From: Cirrosporium novae-zelandiae
Lineage: Eukaryota
DNA length: 64,000 bases
Reading direction: 5' to 3'
Assembly (NCBI GenBank): GCA_026023565.1
Contig: JAPETS010000036.1
Span: 124,001 to 188,000, forward strand
Below the pieces are notes generated by a model. The model had not been told where the DNA came from and did not search any database. It was given only the letters and a program-made list of their open reading frames with translations. Positions 37,105 to 52,700 of this stretch are shown here, one piece after another. The position numbers and the translations under genes are program-made. The stretch's first letter is position 1, and each line of letters begins with the position of its first letter.

Positions 37105-38190
37105 ATGCCTCCCCAACCCCTCATCCTCCCCTCCACAACCACTGACGTCTTCACCCAAACCCGGTACAGAAGGTAACCCCCTAGCCATTATTTTCAAAAT
37201 CCCCCGAGGAGCCACCCTCCCTCACCCAAACTCAAAAATAAACCATCGCTTGCGAGTTCAATTTCTCCGAAATGGTATTCCTGCACGCGCCTAGCAGCAG
37301 CACCACCAAGTGACAACGACAACGACCATGATGATAAGGATAATGAAAATGATAATGAAAATGAACGCCGCCTCGACATCTTCACCACCTCCCACGAACT
37401 CCCCTTCACAGGCCACCCCACAATCGGCACTGCCATCTACGTCCTAAAGAACGAAGAAGAACCCTTCCTCTTCCTCCTCCTCCTCCTCCTCCTCCCCCAC
37501 AAAACCAAAACCACATTCAGAAATAAAAGCCAGCCTCCCCTTCCCGTATATCCTACGATTCAAAAAAAACCCGATCTCGCATCCATTAGCAGAAACTCCA
37601 CACGGTTTTCCACGAACACACACTCTCTAACCGGGGTTTTCTGGAAACGAGATTTTGAGATTGGTAGCTGAAATGAGGGCGTAGTAGGAGTAGGAGTGGT
37701 ACCATCTAGCGCACGCAACAATAAGAGGAACTCATTCCCTCTGGTTAATATCGTCAAGGGGCATATCATTCGTACTCGTAGACCCTTCAAGACACACCGC
37801 AGCGCTAGCTAGCTAAGCGCCATGAATCTCTAGATGCGGGGTACCCTTTCATCATGCGGCTCTAGAGATCCAGCATGAGCGCCCTTTGTTTTGTGGGGGG
37901 ACCGTATTTTTTATTGCCACTCTCTCACTCCTACCACCCCCAATAACAACAATGAAAACAAAATCAAAAGTCCGAATCCGATTTATTGAGGGGATGCTAG
38001 AGGGGATCCAGCTAGCTATGGGAAGTTGCGGCCGGCTGGCGCGTTGAGTGTGTTGTGTTTTTTGGCACTTTGGAGGGGGTGTGAGGAGAGGGAAGAGGGG
38101 GAAGTGGGGGAAGTGGGTGGTGGAGATTGTGCGGGGAGCGGAAATGGGGAGGGAGAGGGAGAGGGAGGGAAGGGGGAGATTTTTGTGTAA
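37105..38190 (+). pseudogene. PhzF / diaminopimelate-epimerase-like pseudogene
   Basis: DVFTQTRY (frameshift) EGNPLAI, LTQTQK*TIACEFNFSEMVFLH, RLDIFTTSHELPFTGHPTIGTA and late EIVRGAEMGR. These PhzF signature motifs are broken by a stop, frameshifts and repeat expansions. Confidence 0.85.
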
Positions 38191-39679
38191 CGTAGGTGGG
38201 TGGGAGTGGATGGAAGGCCTACCATTTCACACAAAAGGGCTATTGTATTTCTATCAAAACCATGAAGATTATAATTCTCTTTTCTTTTCTTCTCTATCCT
38301 CTTCTCTCTCTATTCCGTACCCTATACCCCATATTTTATACCCTTATAACCCACCCACAACATCCCATACATCCCATATATATATATATATCCATCCATT
38401 AAATTCCACACTAATTACACTGGATATAACCATATCCATATCCACGCTTCTCAATAAATAAATATTATAGCTATAATTTCTTTGAATAAACTTTGAATAA
38501 CTTTTGACTAACTTATTAGCAAAGGGGAGGGCTTGGATTTAGATTTGGATTTGTGGCTCTGTTTAACTTGAATTGGATTTAGATAATTAGAGGAGAGGGA
38601 AGGAGAGGAGCGGATCACGTGCTACCAGTATTACAGGTATTAGTACAATTTAGTTAGGACTCCCTCAATCCTCAATAAAGGGAGTCATAGGTTTTAGAGA
38701 AGGAGAGGAGGGAATTGTTGAAATAATAATTATAAGTAATTTTTTTTTTTTTAATAAAAAACAGAAAGAGAAAAGGTAGGGTTACCTAGATTAACTACCG
38801 AAAAAAAGGAGGTTGAGAGAAGTCACGTGTGTGTATTTCATTTTACTTAGGTATTTATTCCTTCGTCCTTCGCTCCCCTCACCTCTCCCTCGCTAGAAAT
38901 CTCCATTCCCCCCCCTCCCATTTCCTTTTCCATCTTTCACGTATCCAAAAAAAACCTTCAAGGTGTTTATTTATGTGTATTTTATTTGTTCGTTATGTCT
39001 TTGGGTATGGGATGGGTATGGAATAGACCAGACTATGTCCTTAGGAATCTAGTAGCTCGGAGAAATCCTTTACTTATTGACATATCCATAGCAAAGGTCT
39101 TCTTCTTTAGTTTTCTGATATCCATTTCGCATTGCTAGACTATTCCTATTCCTATTCCTTATTCCTAAAAAAGGGAAAAACAAAACAAAACAAAAACTAT
39201 TTACTTTGTTTGTCGTTGGGTTTGAAGGCTCTTAATTAGAGCTGAGCTGCTAAGCTTCCCAATGGACCCAAGAGGGGGGTAGGGAGTATTAGGGGTAAAG
39301 AGGAGGAAATAAATCAAAACAAAACTTTCCAGCTGAAACACTTTGCATTAAAAAACGGCCGTCGTCATCGTTATCATCCCATCACGTGTCATATTATCAT
39401 GTTATCAGTTGTTACTCTTTGTCGTTTACACATAGTAATCGTCTAAAAGAGCGTGAGGAGATACCTTGGTTGCTGTGGGGGGCAGATGTTGGGGGAGAGA
39501 CGAAATGATAAGCCGTATAGGTATCGGACAAAAAAAAGGGGGGGGATAAGAAAAGGAAATCCAAGAGGATGAAAACTCTACATAGGGTAGACCAAATTGC
39601 TGCCAGCAGCTTCTCCCTTTTCTGTTATCCATCATCTGGATCAGGTCAGCTTATCCGATCCATTATTCGTGTCGGTCCA

Positions 39680-42600
39680 TCAAACCCACGAAGCATTACT
39701 ACTACCATCACCCATCGAATTCCTCGCTTTGCCAACCAATTCCGAAACCTCCGCCACACTCTTCTTGGTCATGGTATAACTCATCTCGGCTTTCTGAGCA
39801 GCCTGTTTGGCTTCCTCCATAGCCTTCTCCGCATCCCTAGCCTGCGTGATTGCCTCCACGAGGACCTTCCCAAGTTCGAGAAGCTTCTCCTTCTTGGCCG
39901 AGGAGGCCTCCTGGCGAGCACTGTTGATGAGGCGCATGGCGATGTCGGTGGATCTGGAGATTTCGTCGGGGATAGGGGTTGGTGGGATGGTGGAGGCTTT
40001 GGAGCAAAGGGAAGCAAATGATTTGGCCTTCTTGATAACGCGAGTACTATTGCTAGCATTTGAAAGATTGGAGACTTTTTCCTTGTCTACCTGTTGTTGG
40101 TGGTCGACTTCTGTGACGGTGAAGGGAGAGCCTTTGAGGGTACTCTTGTTGATCGTCTTGACAGGGGGTGCAAGCAGTGAAGAAACATCAGAGAGACGCT
40201 TGTTATGATGAAATAAACCACGGAAATTGGACAGGACAGTTCCAGCTCTTCCACGAGAATCACGTTTCGAGAACTTAGAAACTGATTCAGAAGTCACTGT
40301 ACTCAAAGGACGATTTGCCCTCTCGGCGGTGCTCATGTAATTCACAGAAGGTCGTTTTGTCACGGATTTGCTAGCGGTCGATTCCAATTTCTTCTCTAAG
40401 CTGCTTAGATCACCGTTGATGGTGAAATCTTCTTTAGGAGAACGGCTCGAGGAGCGAGGAGGGTATTGAGGTGATGGCCTAGTATGCTGGACTCGTGGCG
40501 GTGTACTTTCGCTTCGAGGTTTTGTCTTCGGAACATATTTCTTCTCACGGCCTTCACGGATAGAAGTGGTGGAGGCTATGCGTCTAGGAGCTGCTTGGTT
40601 CGAAGCGTGGTGGGGGGCTAAACCGCTGCGACTGGCTTGTGGGAGGGATGTTCTAGGTGCTCTAGTTGCAATGGGTGCGGATGACGTTGGGTGACCAGTG
40701 CCTTGTGCTGAGATCTTACGGCTAGGTTGCTGTTTAGGCCGAGTTTGACTTTTGTTGTTGTTATCAACAAAGGGGTCATCTTTAGGATTTGTGTTGGCAC
40801 CGCTGAGAAACATCGTGGATTCGGCAGCAGGAGCTGACTGACGCATCGCAGCTGTATGGATAGGTCTTTCGCGACTAGTGAGGCGAGCAGCGCGATTTGC
40901 GATACCCAAACTAGATGCAGGACGCTTTGGCTCTGTTTTCAGACCTGCTGGCCTGGAAATCTTCGTATCGCTCTTTGCAGATTTCTCGAGCTCACGGAGC
41001 GTAACCTTGCGACGAAGATCCGTCGACTTCTTCATCCTACTAAGACCGCTGTTTTCTTTATTGAACGGGATTCTCTGACTTCGTACAATGCTTGGCTTCC
41101 TTGCCCTTCTTGCTGGATCCTTGTTCTCTTTGTCGGATTCGTTGGTTCCCATGATGATATCCTCGGCGGATCTTGAAATTTTAAGCACAGGACCGAAGTC
41201 TGGAGATGTCATAGAGAGACGTTTGATCCTGGTTCCATCTGTTTTGGACACGACGAATTTTGGGGTTTGTGTGGTGGACGGGGGGATGGTATCGTGAGAT
41301 TCGAGGACACGACTATCAAGGCAATATCCCGCGTCAATGGGAGAGTGGTCTTCAAAGATGGCAAAGCTATTCTCCTCGTGTGCTGTTGATGGATAGTCCA
41401 CCATCACATTAGATACATTTCCCTGATGCCCATTTAAGATGGGAATAGAGCTGCGACGAGTTGGCTCTCTCATAGCTGGAGGTGAGCTGAATCTGCGAGA
41501 TGAAGTTGACTGGGTGGCATTTTTCTTCAAGGTGGTAATATCGCCAGTAGAGATGCGAGTGATCATTGAGCAAGCTTTGGAGTTGGTGTTTCCAAGACTA
41601 GTACGTGAGTTGCGACTATTCATAGAGCCACGGAAGACAGGAATTGAGCTTTGGCGAGGACCAGCAAGAGACTGTGTTGGTTTGCTCTCATCCGACGATA
41701 ACCATGTTGTCGTAATGTTGGTCTTGACCTCAATACAAGGCTGGACTGGGGTGTTTTTGGGAACTGCCATTGGTGTGGAGCTTGATGAACGCTCAGCTTC
41801 CATCACCTTCACAGACTCCTCGGCCTTGATTTGTGAGCAACCAGATATGCGAGAAATTCTCTTCGCAGGTGAACACACTGGAGATCGTTCGATCGCGATG
41901 TTTACCAACATGCTCCTGGCAGACAATGCTGGAGAGACAACCTTGGCCTTAGCAGGAGAGCTTCCCATGAATAGCTTGCGAGTAGGAGATTTCATGTCAT
42001 CCAAATCCTCAACTGAGGTATCATCTTGATACTTGCTTGGAGATAGCTCTGCAAGCGGTTCCCGAAAGACATTGCGCTTAGGAGTTATATTTAATGATAA
42101 CTCGGAACCTTCACGTGCTATGGCAGTTTTAGTATTAGCACCACTCTTGCTCGGCGAGAACCACGAGCTAGCTGGCTTGCGTCGGCTACGGTCGTTACGA
42201 GGTGACATCAAAAGATGAGCGCTCGATCTCTTTCCAGGACTATTAAATGTACGAGCGCTGCGGCTGCCAACAACGACTCTGACCTTTCCACCCCGAACAC
42301 GAAGAGAGTTCTTTGTATGTTGAAGACGGCGGGCGATTGGTGATGGGCTGGGCGGAGTGGCTGACTTTTTAGTAGGAGAACTTGGTGCAGTTGTGAAGTC
42401 CGTGAACCCAAGGACTCTGTTCTGTGCGTTATTCGGCCCCTCATATTCGAAACTCCCAAGAGATATACGCGAGCGGAGGGAAGATGATGGATAGACACCA
42501 CATTTCTTAGTGCTAAGACGATGCTCCAAGGAAAACTTCTCGAGAGCTGCCCCTCCTGGTGACATATCGGCTGTCTCGTAGGAAGCCATCGTTGTCATAC

Positions 42601-43667
42601 TGGGAGAGTTGGAAAGTAGAGACACGTCTGGTGCTGGGAAACGAGCTAGAGAGGCATCGTGAACCAAAGGTGACATCTGAGGCTTAGAAAGCATGTCTTC
42701 AGCAATGTTGGCGAATGCCGAAGCATTCGAATCACTCTCCCCACTCTCCTTTTGAAGCTCAGAAGGAAGAGATTTACGAGAGAATTTTTCAGTGGACTTA
42801 GCTGAAGTACTCTTCTTATTCTCTAACTCTTCACTATCAACCGACGTCTTCATCGATGTACCGACACTATGTACTTGACTCTCTTCAGGACTATTGGAGC
42901 ACGACTTATTCGGAGTCAAAGTAGGCCAGTCAACCTCATCCCTTGGATTCCCAGTAAATGATCGACGCAAAGGCCGATCCATCACATCGACAAGAGTACG
43001 AGACTCTTTAACTGGTGTTCCTGTGATGACTTGGACAATTGGGGGACTGGGAAGGGGCTTTTCAGTTGGTAGAGGCTTGTTTGGATCTGGTGGAGGACTT
43101 CCAGCTATACTCTTCGTCTTTTTATCAGAAGGAGTTGGCTGGGCCTAATAAACAAACAAAACAAAAATCAAGTAAGCAAAGATACTCCAGGTGATCAAAG
43201 GAATCAGTTCAACGACTTCTTACCTTGACAGGAATCTTACATCCCTTCGAAATCTCAACTGCCATCATCTCTCTCTTGTCTAGAGAAGAAACACAAGTAG
43301 AACTTTGACTCTTAGTCTCATCCTTACCCTTACCAGGCGTAGGAGTCTTCTCTCCAAACCTCCCTATCCCAACTCTCTTAGCGGCAGATGAAACCCAACC
43401 TTTCTTCTTCTCCAGCTTCATTCCTCCGGTACCGCTACCGCTCCCAACGGGAGTGGAGGTGGAAACTCGTTGCATCAACTCCGGAGTGGAGGCCTGAGAC
43501 CGCGATGCCGCAGTTTGAGCCATGAAGCGTGGGAGAGTCTTTGGTGTCCCTGTAGCTCCTGATGTTGAAGTTGGCTTTGGAGGAGGCTTTGGGGGCGAGA
43601 GAACATCAACTCCGTGGCCTAGAGTCGAGTAGCGAGAACTGGGGGGTTTGGGCTTCAGTTGTTTCAT
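39680..43667 (-). CDS. Large Ser/Pro/Arg-rich, probably disordered hypothetical protein with a C-terminal coiled coil (~1300 aa)
   Basis: Exon 43667-43224, intron gtaaga...ttag (43223-43145), then an open exon 43144-39680. C-terminal helix KKEKLLELGKVLVEAITQARDAEKAMEEAKQAA. Confidence 0.8.
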
Positions 43668-46440
43668 TGTAAGTGACAGGTTGACAGGCTGATTAACTGA
43701 TAGACAGACAAACGGATAGACGCGTCTGAGCTTCTTTCTTCGAAATGAAGCTCAAGGTAAAAAGATGGCGATAATGAATACCAGAGAGGATCAATCCTGT
43801 CTTGTTCAATCTTTCCTTAAGGAAGCCAAGTCTCCAAAATGTCTAGATGGATGGAGGAAATGGTGTGGTAACAAACAGTATTCGGTAAGTAAAACAAAAG
43901 TCCTATTTATCCAATCCAATTTACTTTCAGCTCAAGTCAAAGGCTCGAGCAAGAAGTAGGAAGATTGAAAAAAAAAGGGTAAGCAAAAGATCAAGGGGGA
44001 TGAAAGCAAGAAGCTGAGGATGTTTTTTTGTTACTGCTTTTTTGGAGTTTTGTGTTTGGTGCTTTGGGTGTGAAACGAATGTGAGTGAGCATGTGAGTGG
44101 GTTTAGGTATGTGGTATGTGTATGAATGAACGAAGGTGAGAGGGTTCAGGTATGTTGTATGTGAACGAACGAAGGTGAGTTTGTGGAGAAGAAGATGATA
44201 TGAAGAAGACGATTAAAAGAGGAAGAAGAGATGGGAGAGGAGTTGGATTTATGTGTCTGTGTCTGTGTATTTTTTTTTCCTCCAGGACATCAATAACAAC
44301 AACAATAACAACACGAACTCGACTTTGTGATGAGCGAGAGAGAAGAAAGTAAACAACAAATGACACGTCCGGACAAACGACGTAATCACAAACGGACGAA
44401 ACAAGGTGAATGGATATTGCCCTATCTTATCTTACCGCCTCTGGGTTTTGAAGTCGGTGTTGATATTTACGTCTACATTTACATTTATAGCCAACCAGAC
44501 CAAAGTAAATATACTAGAAAACAGGAGAGACGAGGGAAAGGGGCAAAGTGAGCTATTAAGATAGAATTTTCTTTTCTGCTAGTCTTTTTTATATTTTTTT
44601 TATCAACGGTAGAATTCATGCATGTAGTTGTTATAATACCGTTCCAGTAGAAAATATAATATGGGATGCTATTGCTGCCTATTATATTGATTTTTATTTA
44701 TTCATGGCATTAGGATTAAGGAGGGTAGTTGGGAGGGGTGGATGATAAGATGAGGGAGATGATATATAACATTATATCTCTCCACCACCACCATGAACGT
44801 TTAACGGCTAAATAACTAATATCTTCAATCCTGAATCTTCACCCCTATCCAGCCAGGCCTCGAAAGAAAATAAGAAGAATAAGAAAAACAATAGCATTGG
44901 GAAGGTTAGTGGATGGATATGCAAATAGATAGAGTGTGGTGTTTATCCTTATCTGATATACTCACATCCTATAGATAGAGATACTGGACCCACCACCACT
45001 ACCACTATCACTATCCTCCCTCCCTCTCTCCAAAGAACAAAAATACCAGAAAATTCCTCTTCCCCTCCCCCCCTCCCATAAAACTCCTCTATAAACAAAC
45101 AAAGAAGACCTCACTCTAAAAACCTCCTAATCCACCATACTCCCTACATCTCCTTACTATCATATCCATTCACCCCATCCTCAATATAGATGCAATTTTA
45201 ACCAATTAAAAAAAAAGGGGGGGGGGCCTTTTTTTAGGGGGATTAGTTGGGTAGTTCAATATAAATATGGATGGGTAGGTTAGTAGGATAGGGGGATAGG
45301 GGGGTAGTGTTGTTATTTTCATTTTCATTGTCCTAGATAGCACTATAAGAGCCGTGAGGACTGTGGGTGAGTGAGTGTATGAGTACGTTGGATAACTTTG
45401 ACGGAGTTATTGCGAATTAGGCACATTAGATCGTAGCTATCATAGCCGTTGTGACCGTACATAAGATGAGATAAATGTATTTATAATTGAGATATACAGG
45501 TAGAATAGCAAGCACGTAGCACGCATGTTATATCCAAGTTCTGGTTTTATGATGTTTGATATGAAAAGCTAGCTAGTTGGAAAGTAGAAAGAATATCAGA
45601 TTGGATGATATACCTAGATACATATGTAACAACGTGCTGTGCGTGTGCATGTGCATGTGCATGCGTGAATTATACTAACCAACTCCCGTACTTCCGGCCC
45701 CTTCCCCCGGTTATAGTCCTGAAGCTTCATAAGACCTGGATTTGCTGGAAGGAGCTTTGATAAATGTTCACCCATGTCTTGGGGGTATGCATCCTTATAT
45801 TCCTAAAATTATAACCTATATCTATGTTCATATCCATGTCAACATTCCAAAATTCTTTTCCATCAAGGTTGCGCGTTTCCTTGAGAGGGAAAGAGGAAGA
45901 AAGGAGAAAAAAAAAAGCAGTGGCTAGCCGCCGTTTACCAGTGGGGGATACCGACCAAGGATATTATTTCCCCTTGCTAGGAAGATTTTATTCGGTAGGA
46001 GGATGTCATTTGATGTTCGTCCTGTCCCGCCATGTGGTGTCCTAGGCTTAAATATCGGCCGGCGCGTAGCAACTGATGATGATGATGCAGATAGGTACTT
46101 CGTAGTCAACCAAGAAAAAAAATATGGTGAATAAAAATATCATCAACTAACCAGCTGGTTAGTTAAGCGTACAAGGTATCTTTGCTAAGAGTGAATCAAC
46201 TTACTGAAAGGGCCATCTACCTTCCCAACGTGTCCTTCGTCATATAGTGACCATTCAAACATGTAAAGTTTTGTCGGCAGTTAGGGTCTCCAAGGAGACC
46301 ATCGGGTCATTTTCACTTTTCGTCCCATTTCAGCTCTTCCCAATCTTCAGACAACTATTGTGTTTTTATATTTCCAACACGCCTTAGTATGATCCATCAG
46401 CAAAAGTGTTTCGATATCCCATCGCACCCCGCCCTCACCA

Positions 46441-46749
46441 TCATCCCAACCTCAGCGCCTCATCAACAACACCTCCTCTGTCCTCAACCTCCCTGATCAA
46501 CCGCTTCCTCGCCTCCAGTTGATCCCGCATAAACTCCGCCGTCTTTTTCAGCACCATCCCTTCGCTTCTCCCCTGTCCCTCTATTCCTGGAACCAACTCC
46601 GTCAGTCGATCAAACCCGTCTCGAATCGCAGCCCGTCGTTTCTGCTCGGACGCGATGTGGTTCGTTTTCTTCTCTTGTTCTGTTAGGCGGGGTTTTTCGG
46701 CTGAGTTTGGGGGATTAGGTGTGGAGGATGAGGTCGACGATGGAGGCAT
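46441..46749 (-). CDS. Small bHLH transcription factor (Ino4/Mlx-like)
   Basis: EKPRLTEQEKKTNHIASEQKRRAAIRDGFDRLTELVPG...RSEGMVLKKT. 102 aa from the ATG at 46749. Confidence 0.9.
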   Translation of the reverse strand: MPPSSTSSSTPNPPNSAEKPRLTEQEKKTNHIASEQKRRAAIRDGFDRLTELVPGIEGQGRSEGMVLKKTAEFMRDQLEARKRLIREVEDRGGVVDEALRLG

Positions 46750-47865
46750 GTTGTTTTGGGGCGGGGGGGGGTTAATTTCGCAAGGCCGCGCGGAGGATGG
46801 GGCAGTAGGAGGTGGTAAGAGGTGGTAGGAGGTTGTCACGGGAAAGGAAAGAAGAAAAAAGGAGAAAAAATCGGGTTGATCCTCTGCTATTCGGTTATGT
46901 ATTTGATGAGATTGTAGGACCTGAATGGAAATGTAATAAGGCTGGCTGATAGATAGATGAAACCATCTAGGTATATGTTTAAATTGATGCCTAGATTTAC
47001 AGGTATCAAATATTTTAGGCTCCATTCTGATTCGTACTTGACTTTTGGAGCCGTTTCGAACTCGACTGGAGCTCGGTTGGATACGGTTATGAGTCAAGTA
47101 TGTTCAAATACTGAGTAATTACAACTTAAAATACAGTTCTACTCGTACAGAACGCGATAATTACAGCGAATTTCAGCGAATTCGGGGCCAAACACTTTCG
47201 AAAGTATCTATAGATGACTACACCTGTATCTTACCGCTTCAGAACAGGGCCTTAGTTCTATTTGCCGCTTTAAGTACAGCAGTCCTACAAGTAATTACCT
47301 AGGTACATATGAGGCAGCCACCATACTAAATATCGCCTAGCAGTTACTTGAAATAGTTAAATTCTATGTGGCAGACGATTTTCGTACTATGGATTATTCC
47401 GCCTGAGAAGCAGTATGGTGGGGGTTCAATTGATGCGGGGGATTCGAGCTGTCCAAGTTTCGATAGAAAATGCTTTCTCGTCTAAGGAAAGTAGCTCGAC
47501 CGTTCCTGAATATTCTGTGAAGGGAATCACATCACATCATATCATCAATCATCACTACACCATTCTCCCAGTACACACCATTTACATATTATACTCGATT
47601 TAATTTGACTCTTCACTTTCTTTCACCTCGTAAAAAATATTCTAATTGACAGTCGTCAAATTTCTTTCTCATTGTCTTGATATCCAATTGTTTATTTTCT
47701 TTCTACACAACCTATAGCTATCTCGTCGGTAGCTAGTAACGTCCACACTACTCTACTCTATTCTACTTTCTATCCATCTCATCACCGCCACCAATCACTA
47801 TCGCCACCAACCACCATAAAAACGAACGAAAAGAAGATAGCGAGAGCAAAAAGAGACCTCAAAAC

Positions 47866-48769
47866 ATGAGTAGCCTCCACTCCCACCATCATCCTCTCCG
47901 AGGGAGCTGCATGTGTGGCCGAAACCAATTCACAATCGCCTTACCCCAAAATTTCGCCCAAGAAACAGAAGTCTTCTTCTCCAACAGCTTCGAGCACCGT
48001 ATGTTCCAATCTCTCCTAACCCCTTCCATCATACTCTCATTGAACCCCCCACTTACCAACCTCCCAAATAGGCCATACTCTTGCCGCCCCATTAACAGCC
48101 TGGCTTCGCATCCCCCTAACCTGGTACAACTCCACCACCTACCCCTTTTACCCCGATGAAACCTACGCCTCGATCCGCCGCACCTTCACACCCCACACCG
48201 CACCAGCCACCAAACGTGTTTTCTGTGGATATTGCGGCACCAACCTTACATATTGGACTGAGCAACCGAGAGAGGAGGCCGATTTCGTGTGTGTGACGGT
48301 AGGGAGCCTAGGGGATGAAGAAGTAGAAGCGCTAGAAGAGGGTGGTGTGCTACCAGGTGAGATAGAAACAGAGACACCACTTCCACCACAACCGTCATCA
48401 TCTCCCCTTAGGAGCCGAGATATCTCCGACCACAACCACGACGCCAGCACCATCAGATCCAGCTCCGGCCTCCCCTGGTTTGCTGATCTCACCCGCGGAA
48501 GTAGACTAAATGATCTCCTCCTAGCCCACAATGTCCGAACGCGAACGAGGAGGGGTGGTGCCGTCAGTGCAGATGGGACCACAAGCATTGAATGGGAAAT
48601 TACGGAGGTTTCGGAAGCGCCTGAGGCAGGAGAAGTGGAAAGTCCTGGGAAACGGAGGAGGGGGGCTCCTAGCGCAGGGGAAGATTTTGGAGATTCCGTT
48701 ACTAATAAGGCGGATGATGACAATGGGGAAGACCTAGATGTGGATGTGAGGATGAGTGGGGCGCTATGA
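47866..48769 (+). CDS. GFA/CENP-V (Mss4-like) zinc-binding domain protein
   Basis: LRGSCMCGRNQF and, after an intron at ~47999-48071, TKRVFCGYCGTNLTYW. Confidence 0.8.
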
Positions 48770-49428
48770 GAGATTACGGACGAGGGGGACCGGCAAATGA
48801 AATAGGTAATGGGGTCGAGCTGAACCAGGCGTGGTATAAGGATGGGTTGATTTAATTACTTATTCGCTAGAAACGACCTCATGACAATTCATGTTATGAC
48901 TACAACTGAAATGTGACAGAACTAGGGAAAAGAAAAGATTGTGATTAATCAGTGAAGAGGGGCGTGAGGGTTCTTAGGGCAGGAAGGCATACGAAGAGCA
49001 AATTACGAAGAAATTTTAAATCTTAAAATTCAAAAAGATGAATTGAGTGTTATCATACAAGTATATTCATCTTCTCCATTTCCCCCTTTCCTCTATGGCC
49101 TTCCAGGATGTAGAGGCGCTTTTTCTTTTTGATGTATGGATAATTAGACAAAAATGAACGAATGAAAATGAGGAAATCAAATAATTGGGGGGTTTTTTTC
49201 TGCGTGTTTTGGTCCACCTGGCTGTTATAGATGGAGTAATGGGAATTATTGTTGGCTGGTTGATGGCGCAGGTTTAGGAGTGTTGTATGCATCCATATTG
49301 CATTCCAGCCCCCTATGGGCTTCTATATTTTTTCTTTTGCTTCTCTTGTAATCCTAGATGTGTCGAATTGGTGAATTGTTTAGACATCTGTTCCTAATAT
49401 TAAATGCAAAGTAGCACATACAGTCCCT

Positions 49429-50779
<1,351 letters not shown>

Positions 50780-50969
50780 GTTTGCGATGGAGGTGTAATG
50801 AGTAATAGAAAATACAGTCGCGAAAGGGAGGATATCTTGACGAAGGTAATGGAATATGACTGGGTTATTAGTATCCCCTAAAGTATCTAATAGTATAAAG
50901 ACAGAAAGATGACTAGACGGGGAAAAGAAGATGGAGAATTAATTTTGAGACTTTCGCAAAGGAGAGGAT

Positions 50970-50976
50970 TGAGTCA
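50970..50976. promoter_or_regulatory. Gcn4/CpcA element TGAGTCA upstream of LYS1
   Basis: Perfect consensus ~190 nt upstream of the LYS1 ATG. Confidence 0.7.
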
Positions 50977-51439
50977 CTGTTAGCTGCCACTGCCACGGTT
51001 AGACTACCGCTAATCCAAATTAAGACAAGTATCATCACCATCATTCTTCAATCTTTCGAATTACAATACTGCACAAATCATCTTTAATCATATAATTGTA
51101 TGGTTGTATATTAAGTTGATCAGGCTTGCTTTGACAAGGGTTTGTTATGTTTATATCGATTGTTATTCCTGTTGAATGGTTAGATATAACTTACAGTGCT
51201 TGTGTTCTCCGAGCTAAAATATCGCGGGTAGTCTATAAAAACTTTAATCCTATTTATCATTCTACTCGTCCTACTTCTCTGCTTGTTCCTATTGCCCTTA
51301 CTTGAGTGTGGCTTGTATTTCAATAGGCTGCGGCTATACAAATATAATCTCTGTAGAAGTTTCTCACAAAACAACAAACTCAATATATTCAATAAACGTG
51401 ATATCAATTGCTGCATTCCTGAGTTCCGATGTTTCTTCT

Positions 51440-52250
51440 TCCCCTAACCAGACGTAATTACGTCCCTGTTTCAACTTTTGCAATACACCTGATCTCCGTG
51501 CGCGCGGAATGAGTTTTGAGATATTCCTCTAAGGGACTTGTTGACACTGCAAGATAATAATGGCCGTCGATCTGAAGATCCTCCATCATCAACTCAGCGT
51601 CTGACTTACATCCCTTTTCATCTAAGCGTCCCTCGGCAGCGACGAGTTGCTCATGCCCCACCTATTTCGCATTCTCGGGATATCATATATAACAATGGCA
51701 GCAGCGTGCAATGTGTACCCTAGAGCAATGATTGATATGGCGATCTCGGGTTTAACCGGCTAAACCTGCGGAATATTGTGTCTAGTGGCTTGTTGATTGT
51801 GTGCTTTAGTACAATAACGGTCTACGAACATATATGCACGGTCGAGAATCTTGCATGTCTTGTGCCATATATGGGAGTCCCGGGCATGCTTAAAGTCCTT
51901 CCAACAAGGCTTCTTGGTGCAGTGATGGTTATCCGGTTCTATCCAGCTTTTACAACTGCACTTCGGCGATACGCCCTCAGTTAAAGACCAGAGTCTCTTC
52001 CATTTAACCAAAGACGACAGCAGCTTCTCTGTCGTGATGGTCTGTCCCATTTGTGTTCCCTCTGCAGGCTCCGGAGACAAGAAGTCCTCGGTCGTAACGT
52101 AGATGCCGATAGCTTTTAGGATTTCGATAACAAATCCAAAAAATAGCCACGTCTAAAAGAAGGCTTCAATTTCTTCGTTCTACCGCCGAAATTATTTTCA
52201 CCGTATAAATCTTCCTGGTGCAACCCCTATCGGAGTAGATGGTCCATGAA
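51440..52250 (-). pseudogene. Degenerate fragment resembling the N-terminal region of fungal HET-domain-associated proteins
   Basis: EEIEAFF*TWLFFGFVIEILKAIGIYVTTEDFL (resembles xQTWLFFG with CAG>TAG), later RLDEKGCKSD...GHYYLA...H...RCIA. Stops and frameshifts present; no full ORF. Confidence 0.55.
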
Positions 52251-52700
52251 AATAGTTCAAATAGAGAAAAAAAGAATCAAATGTTCAAGAAATTCCACAA
52301 GTTAATAATTAATACTTTATGCTCATGCCTTACCTACAAACATATAGAATATCGTCGACTCAATAGTCTTTAGAGCTAACGGATGTAGACGACCACAACA
52401 GAGAATGTGTGACGGTGCTACGGCTATTCATTACTACCAATCAAGGCATGCGAGCTAGAGTAGCGCTGTTAGATAAAAAAAAAAAGCGAAGTACTTGTAG
52501 GGACCAATTTGGCCTATTCCAAAAAAACGACGTTGATCTTCCGGGATCGGTGCACCGGGAATTTGGACCGGAACATCATTGTAGCGTTCATGTCCGTTAG
52601 TTCCGTCTCAACCAGGCCTTGGCAAAATCGGTGAGCTTCCGCCACCGATCTTACAGTTGAAAAGTATCATAGAAAGTGGGATATTTCGAAATATTTCACA

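Noticed and set aside
45208..45240. A-run/G-run/CC/T-run resembling an intrinsic terminator hairpin
   Set aside because: Eukaryotic context; homopolymer tracts at a skew switch explain it.
46750..47097. N-terminal extension of the bHLH ORF shown in the ORF track
   Set aside because: Non-ATG start and low-complexity UTR-like sequence; the ATG at 46749 has good context (aacATG).
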